From a virus (taxonomy: Duplodnaviria; Heunggongvirae; Uroviricota; Caudoviricetes): a DNA stretch of 64,000 nt. Below are positions 18,782-29,681 of the stretch, piece after piece; the stretch's first letter is position 1; the number at the start of each line of letters is the position of its first letter. The position numbers and the translations under genes are program-made. The notes beneath the pieces were generated by a model. That model was not told the DNA's origin and made no database searches. It worked only from the letters and a program-made list of their open reading frames with translations. The stretch lies in IMG/VR virus record IMGVR_UViG_2526164662_000021, positions 1-64,000 of that record, one strand, 5' to 3'.

Positions 18782-21758
18782 TATTTAGCTCCTTTGCCAC
18801 ACCTAATAACAGTTCCAGCAATCCGTCACCATTCATCAGTGATGCGGCAGCGGCCTCTTTGTCATGATACAACTGAAGAGCCATAGAGAATACTTCCGTT
18901 GCTGACGTTTTGGAAATAGTCGGTGATTTCTGCCGAATTTTCCCGGTGTTACTTACTGAGGCTGGCGGGTATACCTTCGCCATATAAATATTACTCAATC
19001 GAGATCTGAAGCACCATTCAGGCTTGCCACGCCCACCGATATTGACGAAAGATGGCTTATCCCCTTCAACATTGGCCTTCAGGAATGACCGGGCTTTCTC
19101 TAACAAACCAGGGTTACTGTACTCAAGATGATGACCCAGCTCGTGCCACAGTGCACTTGCATTTTCATCGTTCAAATTGACAGCAACAACACCATTAAGA
19201 TTTGCATATGCCCTTCCCTGGTGGTGAACTACCTTTGATAAGGTCGATATTTTCCCGCCGGTCAGGCGATAAATATCAGCAAGTTCCTTGCGCAGGTCTA
19301 TCCCACCATTCTGTCCAGCGCGGACTTCTTCCACTTCTTCTGTGATAAAAGAGTCGGCCCACTCAAGAGCTTTTTCTTCAGATACGGATGAGTTTGCGAT
19401 CGCACTGTTCATGGCAGATAACACTTTCTCGTGGACCGAACCCATACTTCGCTGATTCATTTGCCAGCGTGTCTGCGGGTTATATGAGAATCGCTTAAGT
19501 AGTTGGTCAAGCTGCTCAAGTTCTTCTTCACTGACATACTTTTTAGCCTCACCAATAATGCCAGGGAGAATATTGCCGTTAGGATTAAACGCTCGCGAAA
19601 GGAAGAGTTTCAGCGCCCCCATGCCCTCCGATGCTTCAATATCACCAATAACCCGGTTAACAATGGCCGCACTCTTCGGATTAGCATCCGCCAACGCTCT
19701 GGCTACGATTTGCAGGGACGATACGACCTCACGCTGCATATCAGTCCTGATCTCATCAATAAACTCTGGCGTTATGCCGTGCTCTTTAAGGATATCCCGG
19801 CCTTCCGCCGTTACCCCATCGATATCACCGACATGTTTATTAACACGACTTTGCAATGCCTTAAATGCCTTCAGAATTCCACGGGCATCATCCGCTTTAC
19901 TAACGGCCTTCCTGAATGCTGGCAAGAAGTCTGAGTTAACCTCATTTTGTTGATCGGCCCACTGAATGGAGGCTTCTTTCATCTCGTCCAGAGTCAGATC
20001 ACCCAACGCGGTATGGTCTGTGAATATGAGCGATAACCTCTGAACCATTTCTGCCAATGGTGATGCTGATTGCGCCGCGCTAAGGAATGCTTTCACTCTG
20101 GTTGGGCGAATGGAAAACCAGTCAATAGCTGGTGGCATATCTCCGTTTTTTATCGCCTGCGCTATCTCATCAAAGCCGTCGCGCCCAAGGGAGGATGCGT
20201 GATTTAACAATCCGCGAAGTAACGAATTGCTGATACCGAATAATCGGCACCATTTTTTCACGTCGGCAACAGGCATTCGAACAAAATGCGCAAGCACTTG
20301 TACAAGCTGTTCATCCTGGGGATCTGTGCGGGAAAGCAGCCTGATCAGATGAATAATGTCTTTGATGCCGGATGCCCGATGTAATAGCAAACTGGTATAC
20401 GGAGCAACACCGTTGTAACTACCGCCGGAAACGGACTCGAAAAGACCGCCGGATATCCCTTGCATGCCTTCGTTTTCCAGTTCCTGAGACACCTGGCGAA
20501 GGATATCCTGTAACGACACATCGCCGCCGCCAAACATATCCCCCAGCGCCTGGCCCTGGTGCTGTAACTCATCATTGATACGTTGAGCCATCAACTTAAA
20601 GGCGGTGGCCATACGCTTCGCGCTACGGTTATTCGCGACGATGAACAACGCGAGTGCTTTCACTTCCGGGGCCGTTTCGCTGAACATATCCCCCTGAGCA
20701 ATAACATCGGTAATATGCTGGCCTGACTCCTTCGATTGCCTTACCAGGTCTACCGCATCTTTCAATGCCTCCAGCGCCTTTTTATCGAGGCTATCCGCTG
20801 TCTCAATGCCATCAACAATAGTTGTCACAGCCTGCTTGTGCGCTTCTCCTGATAAAGCCTGCATCTGGACAAAATCATTGGCTGCCGCATTAAGCGCCGT
20901 CAGAACATTACGCATATCCGGATCAGGTTCTTCTGCAACCATCCTTACCAAGCGCGCATCCTTATATGCCTTGGCAAAGATCGCGTTTTGTATACGGTCT
21001 ACAAGTTGCCGTGTTGGTCGCCCATCTTCAGTTACAAGGCCAGCCGCCTGTGTGGCACCAACTTGCGTCATAAATCCGCGAATAAACGCGTCATTACTGC
21101 GGCTAAGCAGATCTCCACTTTCTGACGGGTTAAACAACGCCATCATCGCCGGTGTTATGCTGTCGGCATCAACAAAAGCCTTTTCACTGGCTGCCATTTC
21201 CTGGAGATCAGAAATATTTGAGTCCTTGGCAAACTGAACACGGTCAACCTTCGTTAACCGGCGGCGCACCAGTACCGGAGCCGTCATTGATTCAACCTTT
21301 TCAGGCCGTATGCCGAATTCGGTCGCATGTTCAATCAGGTACTCCCGATACCGATCCGCATTACCGTCCTGATAGGCTTTAATGATCCCCATGGTCCGCC
21401 CATTACCTGACTCAACGGCATTGTCCTCACCAATTATTGGCGCGCCATGGCTGGATAAACCGGAATCGGTAAGCTGGGCAGGACGCAAATCCTTGGATAT
21501 CTGGTTGACCTGAAGAAGGCTGGATGCGCGGGTCCGGTCGCGCGGCTGAAGTTCCTGGGGATAGTCTGGATTAATTTTCCCATCCAGAGTATTGGATACC
21601 AAAAGAACTGAGGCATCGACGATATCAAACGCTGTTTTTACCTCGTCTCCCTTCGCTGTCACCACATACGAAACCCGCCCATAATCGGGCAGGTTCTTTA
21701 GCAGCTCGATCAGCGTTTCTATGCTGGTGGCCATTACCACCTGATCGCTTAAGCTCAT
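18771..21758 (-). CDS. ddrB: DdrB-like Dar-system head protein
   Basis: 995-aa ORF downstream of ddrA/darA in one operon; contains an HELGHH (HExxH) motif near the C-terminus. Confidence 0.65.
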   Translation of the reverse strand: MSLSDQVVMATSIETLIELLKNLPDYGRVSYVVTAKGDEVKTAFDIVDASVLLVSNTLDGKINPDYPQELQPRDRTRASSLLQVNQISKDLRPAQLTDSGLSSHGAPIIGEDNAVESGNGRTMGIIKAYQDGNADRYREYLIEHATEFGIRPEKVESMTAPVLVRRRLTKVDRVQFAKDSNISDLQEMAASEKAFVDADSITPAMMALFNPSESGDLLSRSNDAFIRGFMTQVGATQAAGLVTEDGRPTRQLVDRIQNAIFAKAYKDARLVRMVAEEPDPDMRNVLTALNAAANDFVQMQALSGEAHKQAVTTIVDGIETADSLDKKALEALKDAVDLVRQSKESGQHITDVIAQGDMFSETAPEVKALALFIVANNRSAKRMATAFKLMAQRINDELQHQGQALGDMFGGGDVSLQDILRQVSQELENEGMQGISGGLFESVSGGSYNGVAPYTSLLLHRASGIKDIIHLIRLLSRTDPQDEQLVQVLAHFVRMPVADVKKWCRLFGISNSLLRGLLNHASSLGRDGFDEIAQAIKNGDMPPAIDWFSIRPTRVKAFLSAAQSASPLAEMVQRLSLIFTDHTALGDLTLDEMKEASIQWADQQNEVNSDFLPAFRKAVSKADDARGILKAFKALQSRVNKHVGDIDGVTAEGRDILKEHGITPEFIDEIRTDMQREVVSSLQIVARALADANPKSAAIVNRVIGDIEASEGMGALKLFLSRAFNPNGNILPGIIGEAKKYVSEEELEQLDQLLKRFSYNPQTRWQMNQRSMGSVHEKVLSAMNSAIANSSVSEEKALEWADSFITEEVEEVRAGQNGGIDLRKELADIYRLTGGKISTLSKVVHHQGRAYANLNGVVAVNLNDENASALWHELGHHLEYSNPGLLEKARSFLKANVEGDKPSFVNIGGRGKPEWCFRSRLSNIYMAKVYPPASVSNTGKIRQKSPTISKTSATEVFSMALQLYHDKEAAAASLMNGDGLLELLLGVAKELNNAD

Positions 21759-21770
21759 CCCTGTTACGCC

Positions 21771-22136
21771 TTATGCTGCCTCTTTAATGTTGGCGGCTAT
21801 CCATGCCGCCGTGTGCTGTTTAACCTGGTCCAGGTCGATGTATGTGCCAACATATTGACTCAAATCCTGCAAGGTACCGATAAATGCATCGGTGCTCTGA
21901 TCGACGAATTTATCAGCCAGGAAATCAGCAACCAGTTTTGGCACACCATCATGTTCCGAAGGTTGTTTTTCCTCGCCACTACCACCGCCGGACGCGCCGT
22001 ACCCCATCTGTTGCATGATCTGGTCAATTTCATCGCTGATATCCAGCAACTCCATACCACTCGCGGTAGCCGCTTTGGACATCAGAGCATCCAACTTATC
22101 GCTGAGATCCATTAACTCAATAGCTGATAGTGTCAT
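21771..22136 (-). CDS. ddrA: DdrA-like protein
   Basis: 121-aa ORF between darA and ddrB; synteny. Confidence 0.55.
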   Translation of the reverse strand: MTLSAIELMDLSDKLDALMSKAATASGMELLDISDEIDQIMQQMGYGASGGGSGEEKQPSEHDGVPKLVADFLADKFVDQSTDAFIGTLQDLSQYVGTYIDLDQVKQHTAAWIAANIKEAA

Positions 22137-24052
22137 GCCGCTACCCCCGCTTTCTGGATTGCTACCAACAGATCAGCCAGGTGGCGAGCTGCGCCGTTAA
22201 CCAGCTCTTCGTTTTCCTCAAAACGTCCGGCAGCCTGAAGGGGTGCAATCGCTTCCCGGACATTGCCCCGGGCGTTACGGATCTCCGCCATGTCAGTGCT
22301 TTGCATATCCATCACGTTATTGAGATATTCAATGGCTTTATTAGCCTCTGCATCTGCTTCGCTAACCGTTTCATCAGGCTGTGCCGGGGCCGGTTCTGGC
22401 TGAGTAATCTCACCGACTTCGGCCTGCAATGCATTGATCATGCTCTGCACCATTTTCTCGGTGCCAGCGCCCCCAGGAAACGCAATATTGGGGAAAGTTT
22501 TTTGAAACTGAGTTTTCAGCATTACGCGGAACTCGTCTGGTGAGCTGGTGGCCAGCTCCAGAGCTTTTTGTGCATATTTGCCAAACGGACCATTAGTAAG
22601 TGTCTTCGCCAGGAAATCGAAAGAATCCTCGCGAGGCAATAACTTCAGGTCGTACTCACTCATTTGCTGATCAGAAAGCGGGGTATCGTAAGTAGCAATG
22701 CCGTAGCGTGCATATTCATAATACGGGTCACCTTCATCAGGGCGCGGCAGAATTGCTTTGTTACCTTCAGGTATTGCGCCAGGGGCCGCCGGACGCATTT
22801 GCAGGGCATATCGATATGCACCTACAGAGACTTCTGGTTCAGGCGAAGAGCTACCGGTATCCTCCGCTGGTTCAGGTTCGACGTTTTCCGGTTTATGTTC
22901 TTCTGGTTGGACCAGGTATTCCGATACATTACCCGCTTTATAGGCTTTAAACAGCTTGCCGATCGCATCTGCCATGTCCACACCCTGTATGGATTTAGCC
23001 TTGATCATGTATACGCTGCCATCCGGATCGGTTAACTGGATATACCCTTCGCCGTCCCCAATGAATTGCTTCATTGATGCACCATTACTGAGCGTCGCTT
23101 CCCCGTCCATATGCATACGATTTTTGATACTGGCAAGGCGATCCGTCAGCGCGCGAGAGTGCCCACCAGTCATCCCCGCAGGGGCAATGGTATCGCGCCC
23201 ACCAGTGCGATTGAGCCGATCAATCTCCCCCTGCAAACGCTCATTCTCTTCATAAAGAGAATCCGCTTCCGATGCAACAGCGTTAATTTTCTGCTCCAGA
23301 TCTGCCTTCTGCCCTTCTACCGCTGCCACCTGATCCGCGAGGTCGCTCATGGCGTCCTCTTTCTGGTCACTGTCAGCCTGTAGTTGGGTTATTTCATCAA
23401 CAAGGGCTTTTTTCTTCTTCTGCGCACGCTGGAATTTTGCCGAGTTTTTCTCTGCAAGGTTGGCAAGTTTCATGGTGACCTGCGCCAGCGTCATATCACG
23501 TCCACTCATCGGAGCAACGGTGTGAGTAACGTCTTTTTTATTCAGTAAGAACTGGAAAGCAACCAGCGTATCGCTATTGGTGATCCGGTTTTCCGCTGTC
23601 GGGCTATGAAACAGAATGCTGATAGTCTGACCATCACTGAGCGGAATAATGGCTGGCAGGACCGGCAGCCCGTTAACGTTACGTGCCCGGCCAATTTCAG
23701 CACCGCCGATCGCGCGCGCGCCGCTCTGGGCCACCTCCCCCGTTTTATCACTCCCCGCAGAGATTCCGGTACCATTCAGCTTCTGGTTCAATGCCCGGAC
23801 AAATGCCTGCATGGTCCGGTGTAACTGCAAACGAGTAGAACTAATCGCCTCCAGTAAATCCGTAGCACACCAGTGGATCGGCGTGTCATAGAAGAACGTA
23901 GCCTCGATTTCCTCCAGGGTGTTGGATTCCGTCATCAGATAGCGGTCCTCACCGGCCATTAATGCGCGATATTCATCATCAGTCACTGGCGGGGGAAGCA
24001 CGTCAAGCCCAGGCTTGATCGTCACCCCTTTATTGATATTGAACTGTTCCAT
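22133..24052 (-). CDS. darA: DarA anti-restriction head protein precursor
   Basis: 639-aa ORF with coiled-coil middle region; position and size match P1 darA. Confidence 0.7.
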   Translation of the reverse strand: MEQFNINKGVTIKPGLDVLPPPVTDDEYRALMAGEDRYLMTESNTLEEIEATFFYDTPIHWCATDLLEAISSTRLQLHRTMQAFVRALNQKLNGTGISAGSDKTGEVAQSGARAIGGAEIGRARNVNGLPVLPAIIPLSDGQTISILFHSPTAENRITNSDTLVAFQFLLNKKDVTHTVAPMSGRDMTLAQVTMKLANLAEKNSAKFQRAQKKKKALVDEITQLQADSDQKEDAMSDLADQVAAVEGQKADLEQKINAVASEADSLYEENERLQGEIDRLNRTGGRDTIAPAGMTGGHSRALTDRLASIKNRMHMDGEATLSNGASMKQFIGDGEGYIQLTDPDGSVYMIKAKSIQGVDMADAIGKLFKAYKAGNVSEYLVQPEEHKPENVEPEPAEDTGSSSPEPEVSVGAYRYALQMRPAAPGAIPEGNKAILPRPDEGDPYYEYARYGIATYDTPLSDQQMSEYDLKLLPREDSFDFLAKTLTNGPFGKYAQKALELATSSPDEFRVMLKTQFQKTFPNIAFPGGAGTEKMVQSMINALQAEVGEITQPEPAPAQPDETVSEADAEANKAIEYLNNVMDMQSTDMAEIRNARGNVREAIAPLQAAGRFEENEELVNGAARHLADLLVAIQKAGVAA

Positions 24053-24053
24053 G

Positions 24054-24665
24054 TTAATTTCCTGCTTTCAGTTGCTTAAGACGAAGTTTGAGTTCGCCAT
24101 TCCGTGCCTTTTCGTTATTGAGTCGGCCCGTCTCCTTATCCAGCTTCGCCCGCAAATCAGTGATCTGCTGTTGATTGAAAGACACCGAATTCTGCGCGGA
24201 CTTATAAGCGGCAACCACCTGAGCATTCCGCTGTTTTGCTTCTTGCAGGCGCTGAAAGTTGGATTTAACTGCCGGTTTCTTGTCTACCGGATTGGCAACA
24301 CGCTTCGCTTTGGCGATCAGTGATTTCTGGAATTTTGCGGAGTTTTTACGGGCCGCCTGTCCCATGACGGTACCAAGCGTCTTGATATCCGGCGACTGAG
24401 CGTTAGGAATAGCTTTTCCATTCAGTTTCACAGACGATATATCGCCAGTATCGTTTACCTGTATGGCAAGAATTTGTCCGTCGTTAAGAACCAGCTTTGC
24501 GGTTTTAACTTTAACGCCATCTTTCGTTGTTGCGCGGTTGCTGGAGTCAACCTCAATTACCGTAACCCCGGTTTTATTGATCGCCGCGATAAGGGATTTC
24601 AGCCCCTTTTCATTAACCTGGTCAAAATCGACCGTTGCATACTTATTTTTCGTCATCTGACACAT
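24054..24665 (-). CDS. hdf: Hdf-like protein (DarA operon)
   Basis: 203-aa ORF immediately upstream of darA; coiled-coil C-terminus; synteny. Confidence 0.55.
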   Translation of the reverse strand: MCQMTKNKYATVDFDQVNEKGLKSLIAAINKTGVTVIEVDSSNRATTKDGVKVKTAKLVLNDGQILAIQVNDTGDISSVKLNGKAIPNAQSPDIKTLGTVMGQAARKNSAKFQKSLIAKAKRVANPVDKKPAVKSNFQRLQEAKQRNAQVVAAYKSAQNSVSFNQQQITDLRAKLDKETGRLNNEKARNGELKLRLKQLKAGN

Positions 24666-25086
24666 CCTGCGCGAGATTTATTACGTAACTTCTGCGGATT
24701 TGCTGAGTAACAGGGAAAATCCGATACAACGGGTTAATGAACGAGTCGCCATGCGTAACCATGACGTTGAAATGCCACAGTCGCTCTCCTTTACCCATAT
24801 ATTCAGTGGGTATGTACAACCATTCACTGTTTTCGCCCTGTTCAGCCGACGTCAGACAACGTTGTTCACCTTCAATCACTGTCGTCGGCTTCTGAACATC
24901 GCGGATCCAATATCTGACCGTTGCGCCGCGCAAAAACGGGAATTTAGACCGGTACTTGAACGGCACCCGGATGAAACCCGGTTTAATTTCCACATCACCA
25001 AGTTCTAAATGCGTGATGTCCTTGCGTTTTAGCAAATAGCGATCGGCTAAGGCTAACGCAAGAACGCATACACCCCAGCCAATCAT
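24643..25086 (-). CDS. lydB: LydB-like antiholin
   Basis: 147-aa ORF following the holin gene; synteny with P1 lydB. Confidence 0.55.
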   Translation of the reverse strand: MIGWGVCVLALALADRYLLKRKDITHLELGDVEIKPGFIRVPFKYRSKFPFLRGATVRYWIRDVQKPTTVIEGEQRCLTSAEQGENSEWLYIPTEYMGKGERLWHFNVMVTHGDSFINPLYRIFPVTQQIRRSYVINLAQDVSDDEK

Positions 25087-25412
25087 TTCCCGCCTCCCTT
25101 TTTCACCAAACTTGTAAGAACATTCAGAATGCTATCGATATTCACTCGTTTCATCCCTGAAATCACCTCATGACCGTTATTGCTGGCTATCGTTACCATT
25201 AAGTACGTAATTGATAACTCCCAGCCCTCGTGTTGCCCCAATAGGTACGCCACCGCGCCAGCTGTCACTGCAACAAAGATCTCCGTAACCAATCCCAACA
25301 AATTGCCAGACTGGCGACCGTCTCGGACATCCATCAGGAACGTGCCTATCCCACCAATTACTGAAAGCAGGAGCGCAATAGCAACTGGAGCTAATTCCTG
25401 TGTGTCAAGCAC
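25083..25412 (-). CDS. lydA: LydA-like holin
   Basis: 109 aa with hydrophobic transmembrane-like segments and a charged C-terminus; synteny. Confidence 0.6.
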   Translation of the reverse strand: MLDTQELAPVAIALLLSVIGGIGTFLMDVRDGRQSGNLLGLVTEIFVAVTAGAVAYLLGQHEGWELSITYLMVTIASNNGHEVISGMKRVNIDSILNVLTSLVKKGGGK

Positions 25413-25479
25413 AAGTTCCCTCCTACGTTGTCAGGAGGTAATGGTATGCAAAGTAACTTCTCAACCGGTCATTTGTTGC

Positions 25480-25761
25480 TTAAGAGGCATTTCTATTGAG
25501 GTACGAATCAATAATCCTTTGTAACTTTTCAAGAATGAGCCTGTTATTGATGCTGCAAATAATAGTCACGCAATTCTGAAGACTTTCATCCATACCCTTA
25601 TATTCCGCGAAATACATGCCTATAAAGCCTGCAAGTACGGCAGCAATACACTCGGCCATCAATTGCCTGCATGACGCTTCGTAACGTTTTTCACAAATCC
25701 CATTCAGAAACGAATGCACCCCGCCAAGGATGGAGAGGAGCATTATTGTGAAATCACACAT
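25480..25761 (-). CDS. Small membrane protein, holin-like (LydC position)
   Basis: 93 aa with two hydrophobic segments; first gene of the minus-strand operon. Confidence 0.4.
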   Translation of the reverse strand: MCDFTIMLLSILGGVHSFLNGICEKRYEASCRQLMAECIAAVLAGFIGMYFAEYKGMDESLQNCVTIICSINNRLILEKLQRIIDSYLNRNAS

Positions 25762-25888
25762 AACTATTTCCTTAATAGTGAATTAAATATCATTGGGAAA
25801 CGGTATGTACTTTGTGATTTCCACACATACTGGTTTTTGTTAATTAAAATCCGCAGCTTGCTATAAATAACGATAGTGAGCAGAAAAT

Positions 25889-26449
25889 ATGCTAATAGGC
25901 TATGTACGCGTATCAACAAATGAACAAAACACTGCTTTACAACGAAACGCTCTTGAAAGCGCAGGATGTGAGCTAATTTTTGAGGACAAGGCGAGCGGCA
26001 AAAAGGCTGAGCGCCCTGGGTTAAAAAAGGTACTCCGTATGCTTTCCAGAGGTGATACCCTGGTCGTATGGAAGTTAGACCGTCTTGGGCGCAGCATGCG
26101 TCACTTAGTTGTGCTGGTGGAAGAGCTGCGTGACAGAGGCATTAACTTCCGGAGTCTCACTGACTCCATCGACACCAGTACACCAATGGGGCGCTTTTTC
26201 TTTCACGTAATGGGGGCGCTGGCAGAAATGGAACGTGAGCTTATCGTTGAACGTACACGCGCTGGACTTGATGCAGCTCGCGCAGAAGGTCGTATAGGTG
26301 GGCGTCGGCCTAAATACCAAGAAGAAACATGGCAGCAAATGCGGCGATTGCTGGAGAAGGGCATCCCCCGTAAGCAGGTTGCAATCATCTATGATGTGGC
26401 TGTTTCCACGCTTTATAAGAAGTTTCCGGCGTCATCATTTCAATCCTAA
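25889..26449 (+). CDS. cin: Cin serine DNA invertase
   Basis: 186 aa; resolvase/invertase N-terminus MLIGYVRVSTNEQ with catalytic Ser; adjacent to the cix site. Confidence 0.95.
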   Translation: MLIGYVRVSTNEQNTALQRNALESAGCELIFEDKASGKKAERPGLKKVLRMLSRGDTLVVWKLDRLGRSMRHLVVLVEELRDRGINFRSLTDSIDTSTPMGRFFFHVMGALAEMERELIVERTRAGLDAARAEGRIGGRRPKYQEETWQQMRRLLEKGIPRKQVAIIYDVAVSTLYKKFPASSFQS

Positions 26450-26466
26450 ACCTTGGTTTAAGAGAA
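26441..26466. other. cix-like recombination site (left)
   Basis: CAATCCTAAACC-TT-GGTTTAAGAGAA, imperfect 12-2-12 palindrome of Hin/Gin/Cin type at the start of the inverted repeat. Confidence 0.7.
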
Positions 26467-26496
26467 CTCGGTACCAGCGGTGAAAAGATCCCCCTG

Positions 26497-29082
26497 TTGA
26501 GCACGGCTAACACATGGAGTGCGCGCCAGACTTTCAACGGCGGGATCACCGGAGCGCTGACAGGGAACGCCGACACCGCGACGAAATTGAAAACAAAAAG
26601 GTCGCTTCAAGTTGACCTCCAAAGTGATAACGCCATCGACTTTGATGGTTCATCAAATGCTCTTCTGGGCATAAAAGGTATTTTACCAATTACTCATGGG
26701 GGATTAGGTGCATCCAGCGTCTATGGAGGGCGTACTAATCTTGGATTAGGTGTTGCGGACATCCCCCAATTTAAGGGTATCAATCTTGTTAACTCAACAG
26801 ACTCTGATTTAGCGGCGTCAGGGATTGTAAGTGGTTATCTGAATAATTCAGCTGGGGTACAGAGGAGTCGTTTCAGAATTTATTCAGAGATAAGGAGTGA
26901 CAACCGCTCATGGCTAACATTACATCTACAATCTGATACCAACACCAATAAATATGCCGGATTAGACATTGACGGTAACTTTCTGATTACCGGGGATAGC
27001 AAATGCCGAGCATTAGAACCAACTGATGTAGCGTTAACAAGAAAAAATATTGATGTTTACAGCAAAGCCGAAGTAGACCTTAAAAAAGGGATGAAATTCA
27101 CCAGAGTCAATGCTCCTTCTGGAGCTGAAGAGGGTAAATTCTATCCTGTAGTCATCAAGAGATCTGCAACGAGCAATGGTGAACTTGCTTCTCGGGTTAT
27201 TATTTCCACTGCGCCGCGCCAAGCTGCACATCGCATGAACAACTGCGAATTCAATGGTTTTGTGATGCCTGCTGGTTGGAGTGACAGAGGGCGGTACGCA
27301 TACGGGATGTTCTGGCAATATCAGGATGCAGAACGGGCGATTCATTCTATTGCGATGAGCAATAAAGACGATGAAGTTAGCTCAGTTTTTTATATTGAAG
27401 GCGGAGCATTTCCTGTATGCGTTCTTGTGGAGGAGGGGCTTTCTGTTGTTGTCCCTACAACGGATTATATTGTGGGACAAACCACATATAAATGGGGGGC
27501 AACCAACCCTAAAGCTGAATGTATAGCTGCCGACATAATTATTGATTTTAGCAATGGTCGTGGTTTCTATAGCTCTGGAAACCTCAATGGTAATGCTGCA
27601 ACAGCAACTAAATTACAGACCGCCAGAACAATCAACGGAGTAACCTTCGATGGCACTACTGATATTTCGTTGACACCAGAGAACATTGGCGCGCTGTCAC
27701 TATCCGGAGGCACATTATTAGGAGGTCTGACAGCTCCTTTACTTACCACTAAAAGCGATCTTATTTTTAGTAGCCATACAAGCCGTCATATCCGCTTTAC
27801 ATATACGAAAAATGACGGCACAACACTAACTGATGGGTACATATTTAAAGATGGTGTCGATAACCCTAACAGACGACCAGGTATCCGGATAAATTGTGCT
27901 GCGCCGAATAAAGAAACCGGCAATGGTACTAATTCAGGTGATTGGATATTCGGCGAAGATGGCATTTTTACCATGCCGGGTGGCACTGTTCTTCGGGGAG
28001 GAATCAATAGCAATGGCGTGCCGCAAAGTGAGTATAAACATGACATGCTCACGTCAGTTGTTGACGATGCAAAAATGTATCTGCGACGTTTCCGCTCCAG
28101 CACAGGTGCAAGCATATGGCATGAAACAATAGAGAATAACGTTTATCGCTTATGCACAGGAACAACTGACGCTCAGGAAGAGTTAGTCTTGAGGACTGGT
28201 TCCTATGCGAAATTCGCTGGCGAGATTATTTCCAAATCGGCGAATGGTCTGCGCATTGCCTATGGCAACTATGGATTCTTTATCCGAAACGATGGTTCAA
28301 GCACATACTTCATGTTGACCGCCTCGGGTGACAATCTTGGAACATGGAATAGTTTAAGACCGCTTACCATTAACAACTCCAATGGTGCTGTTTCAATCGG
28401 TAATGGACTCAATGTAACTGGTGGCATCAATGGTAGCTTGAACGGCAATGCATCTACGGCTACAAAGTTACAAACTGCCAGAAAAATAAGTGGCGTGGCT
28501 TTTGATGGTTCCTCCGATATCACATTAAAAGCAAGTCATGTAGGTGCGTTTGCTCTAGGGCAAACAGGAAGCAGGGTTGCAAATGATAAAGCTGTTGGCT
28601 GGAATTGGAATAGCGGTGTTTATGATGCAGATATCAGCGGTGCATCGGCATTAATCCTCCACTTCAATATGAATGCTGGGAGTTGCCCTGCCGTACAGTT
28701 CCGTGTGAATTACAGGAACGGTGGTATTTTTTATCGTTCAGCCCGTGATGGTTATGGCTTTGAAGCTGACTGGTCCGAATTTTACACAACAACAAGAAAG
28801 CCATCGGCAAGTGATGTTGGAGCATATACAAAATCCGAATCAGATTCTCGTTACGCATTAAAAACAGCCTACGTTTCCAGTGTAAGATTGGGATCTGCTG
28901 CCAGTTATAAACCATCAAGCAATGGAGTTTCCTGGACTCAGAATCTAGGAAGCGGACTGGTTATGACAGGTATTATTGTTCAGGAAACAGGAAGTAATTC
29001 AGCTGATAATATCGGTGGTATTTATTATCGACCCGTCCAATATTGTATCAACGGAACCTGGTACACAGCAGCATCAGTATAA
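26497..29082 (+). CDS. Alternative tail-fibre variable part (Sv')
   Basis: 861-aa ORF starting inside the inverted repeat with the same N-terminal residues as the internal S segment (STANTWSARQTFNGGITGALTGNADTATKLKT). Confidence 0.8.
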   Translation: MSTANTWSARQTFNGGITGALTGNADTATKLKTKRSLQVDLQSDNAIDFDGSSNALLGIKGILPITHGGLGASSVYGGRTNLGLGVADIPQFKGINLVNSTDSDLAASGIVSGYLNNSAGVQRSRFRIYSEIRSDNRSWLTLHLQSDTNTNKYAGLDIDGNFLITGDSKCRALEPTDVALTRKNIDVYSKAEVDLKKGMKFTRVNAPSGAEEGKFYPVVIKRSATSNGELASRVIISTAPRQAAHRMNNCEFNGFVMPAGWSDRGRYAYGMFWQYQDAERAIHSIAMSNKDDEVSSVFYIEGGAFPVCVLVEEGLSVVVPTTDYIVGQTTYKWGATNPKAECIAADIIIDFSNGRGFYSSGNLNGNAATATKLQTARTINGVTFDGTTDISLTPENIGALSLSGGTLLGGLTAPLLTTKSDLIFSSHTSRHIRFTYTKNDGTTLTDGYIFKDGVDNPNRRPGIRINCAAPNKETGNGTNSGDWIFGEDGIFTMPGGTVLRGGINSNGVPQSEYKHDMLTSVVDDAKMYLRRFRSSTGASIWHETIENNVYRLCTGTTDAQEELVLRTGSYAKFAGEIISKSANGLRIAYGNYGFFIRNDGSSTYFMLTASGDNLGTWNSLRPLTINNSNGAVSIGNGLNVTGGINGSLNGNASTATKLQTARKISGVAFDGSSDITLKASHVGAFALGQTGSRVANDKAVGWNWNSGVYDADISGASALILHFNMNAGSCPAVQFRVNYRNGGIFYRSARDGYGFEADWSEFYTTTRKPSASDVGAYTKSESDSRYALKTAYVSSVRLGSAASYKPSSNGVSWTQNLGSGLVMTGIIVQETGSNSADNIGGIYYRPVQYCINGTWYTAASV

Positions 29083-29096
29083 AAAGGAGGCAGTAT

Positions 29097-29642
29097 ATGA
29101 ATAATTTTAAAAACTTCACTTCCTACACGCCGGGAGAAGATAAAAGAGAGCTTATTGATGCTGGAGTTTTATTCCTGCTGGATGAAAACAGTAATGACTG
29201 GTATGAATGTCAGAAATTTTTTCATGAGAATACGATAAAGATAGTTTATGACAGCGATAATATTGTCGTGAGTATTTCAAACGATGTTTCAACACTCTGG
29301 CCTGTGGGGGCATCTGTAGCAGAAATAGAAACTCTGCCTGATGGAGTAGATATTGATGGGAACTGGATATTTGACGGAGAAAATGTGGTTGAAAGAGTAA
29401 GAACCGCAGATGAGTTAAAAACCATGGCGGAATCAAGACGCACTGAGCGACTTAACAGCGCACGTCAACAGCTCGTGATTAGCCAGACAAAATTACTACG
29501 CGGCAGAATATTATCTGAAGATGAACAGTCTGCTCTTGACGCCTGGCTGGACTATATTGATGCAGTTAATGCATTGGATTTCAACACAATAACAGATAAA
29601 GCCTCTTTCAATGCGATCGCCTGGCCTACTGAGCCAGTTTAA
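29097..29642 (+). CDS. Tail-fibre assembly protein U'
   Basis: ATG at 29097 with AAAGGAGG RBS; N-terminus nearly identical to U. Confidence 0.75.
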   Translation: MNNFKNFTSYTPGEDKRELIDAGVLFLLDENSNDWYECQKFFHENTIKIVYDSDNIVVSISNDVSTLWPVGASVAEIETLPDGVDIDGNWIFDGENVVERVRTADELKTMAESRRTERLNSARQQLVISQTKLLRGRILSEDEQSALDAWLDYIDAVNALDFNTITDKASFNAIAWPTEPV

Positions 29643-29656
29643 AAGGGAAGTGAAAT

Positions 29657-29676
29657 AGGCCCGATAAATCGGGCCT
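29657..29676. terminator. Bidirectional terminator-like hairpin between convergent U' and U
   Basis: AGGCCCGA-taaa-TCGGGCCT. Confidence 0.5.
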
Positions 29677-29681
29677 TTACT

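Noticed and set aside
19503-23891. Plus-strand ORFs of 60-143 aa within the ddrB/darA region
   Set aside because: Antisense to long, syntenic minus-strand genes; no independent signals
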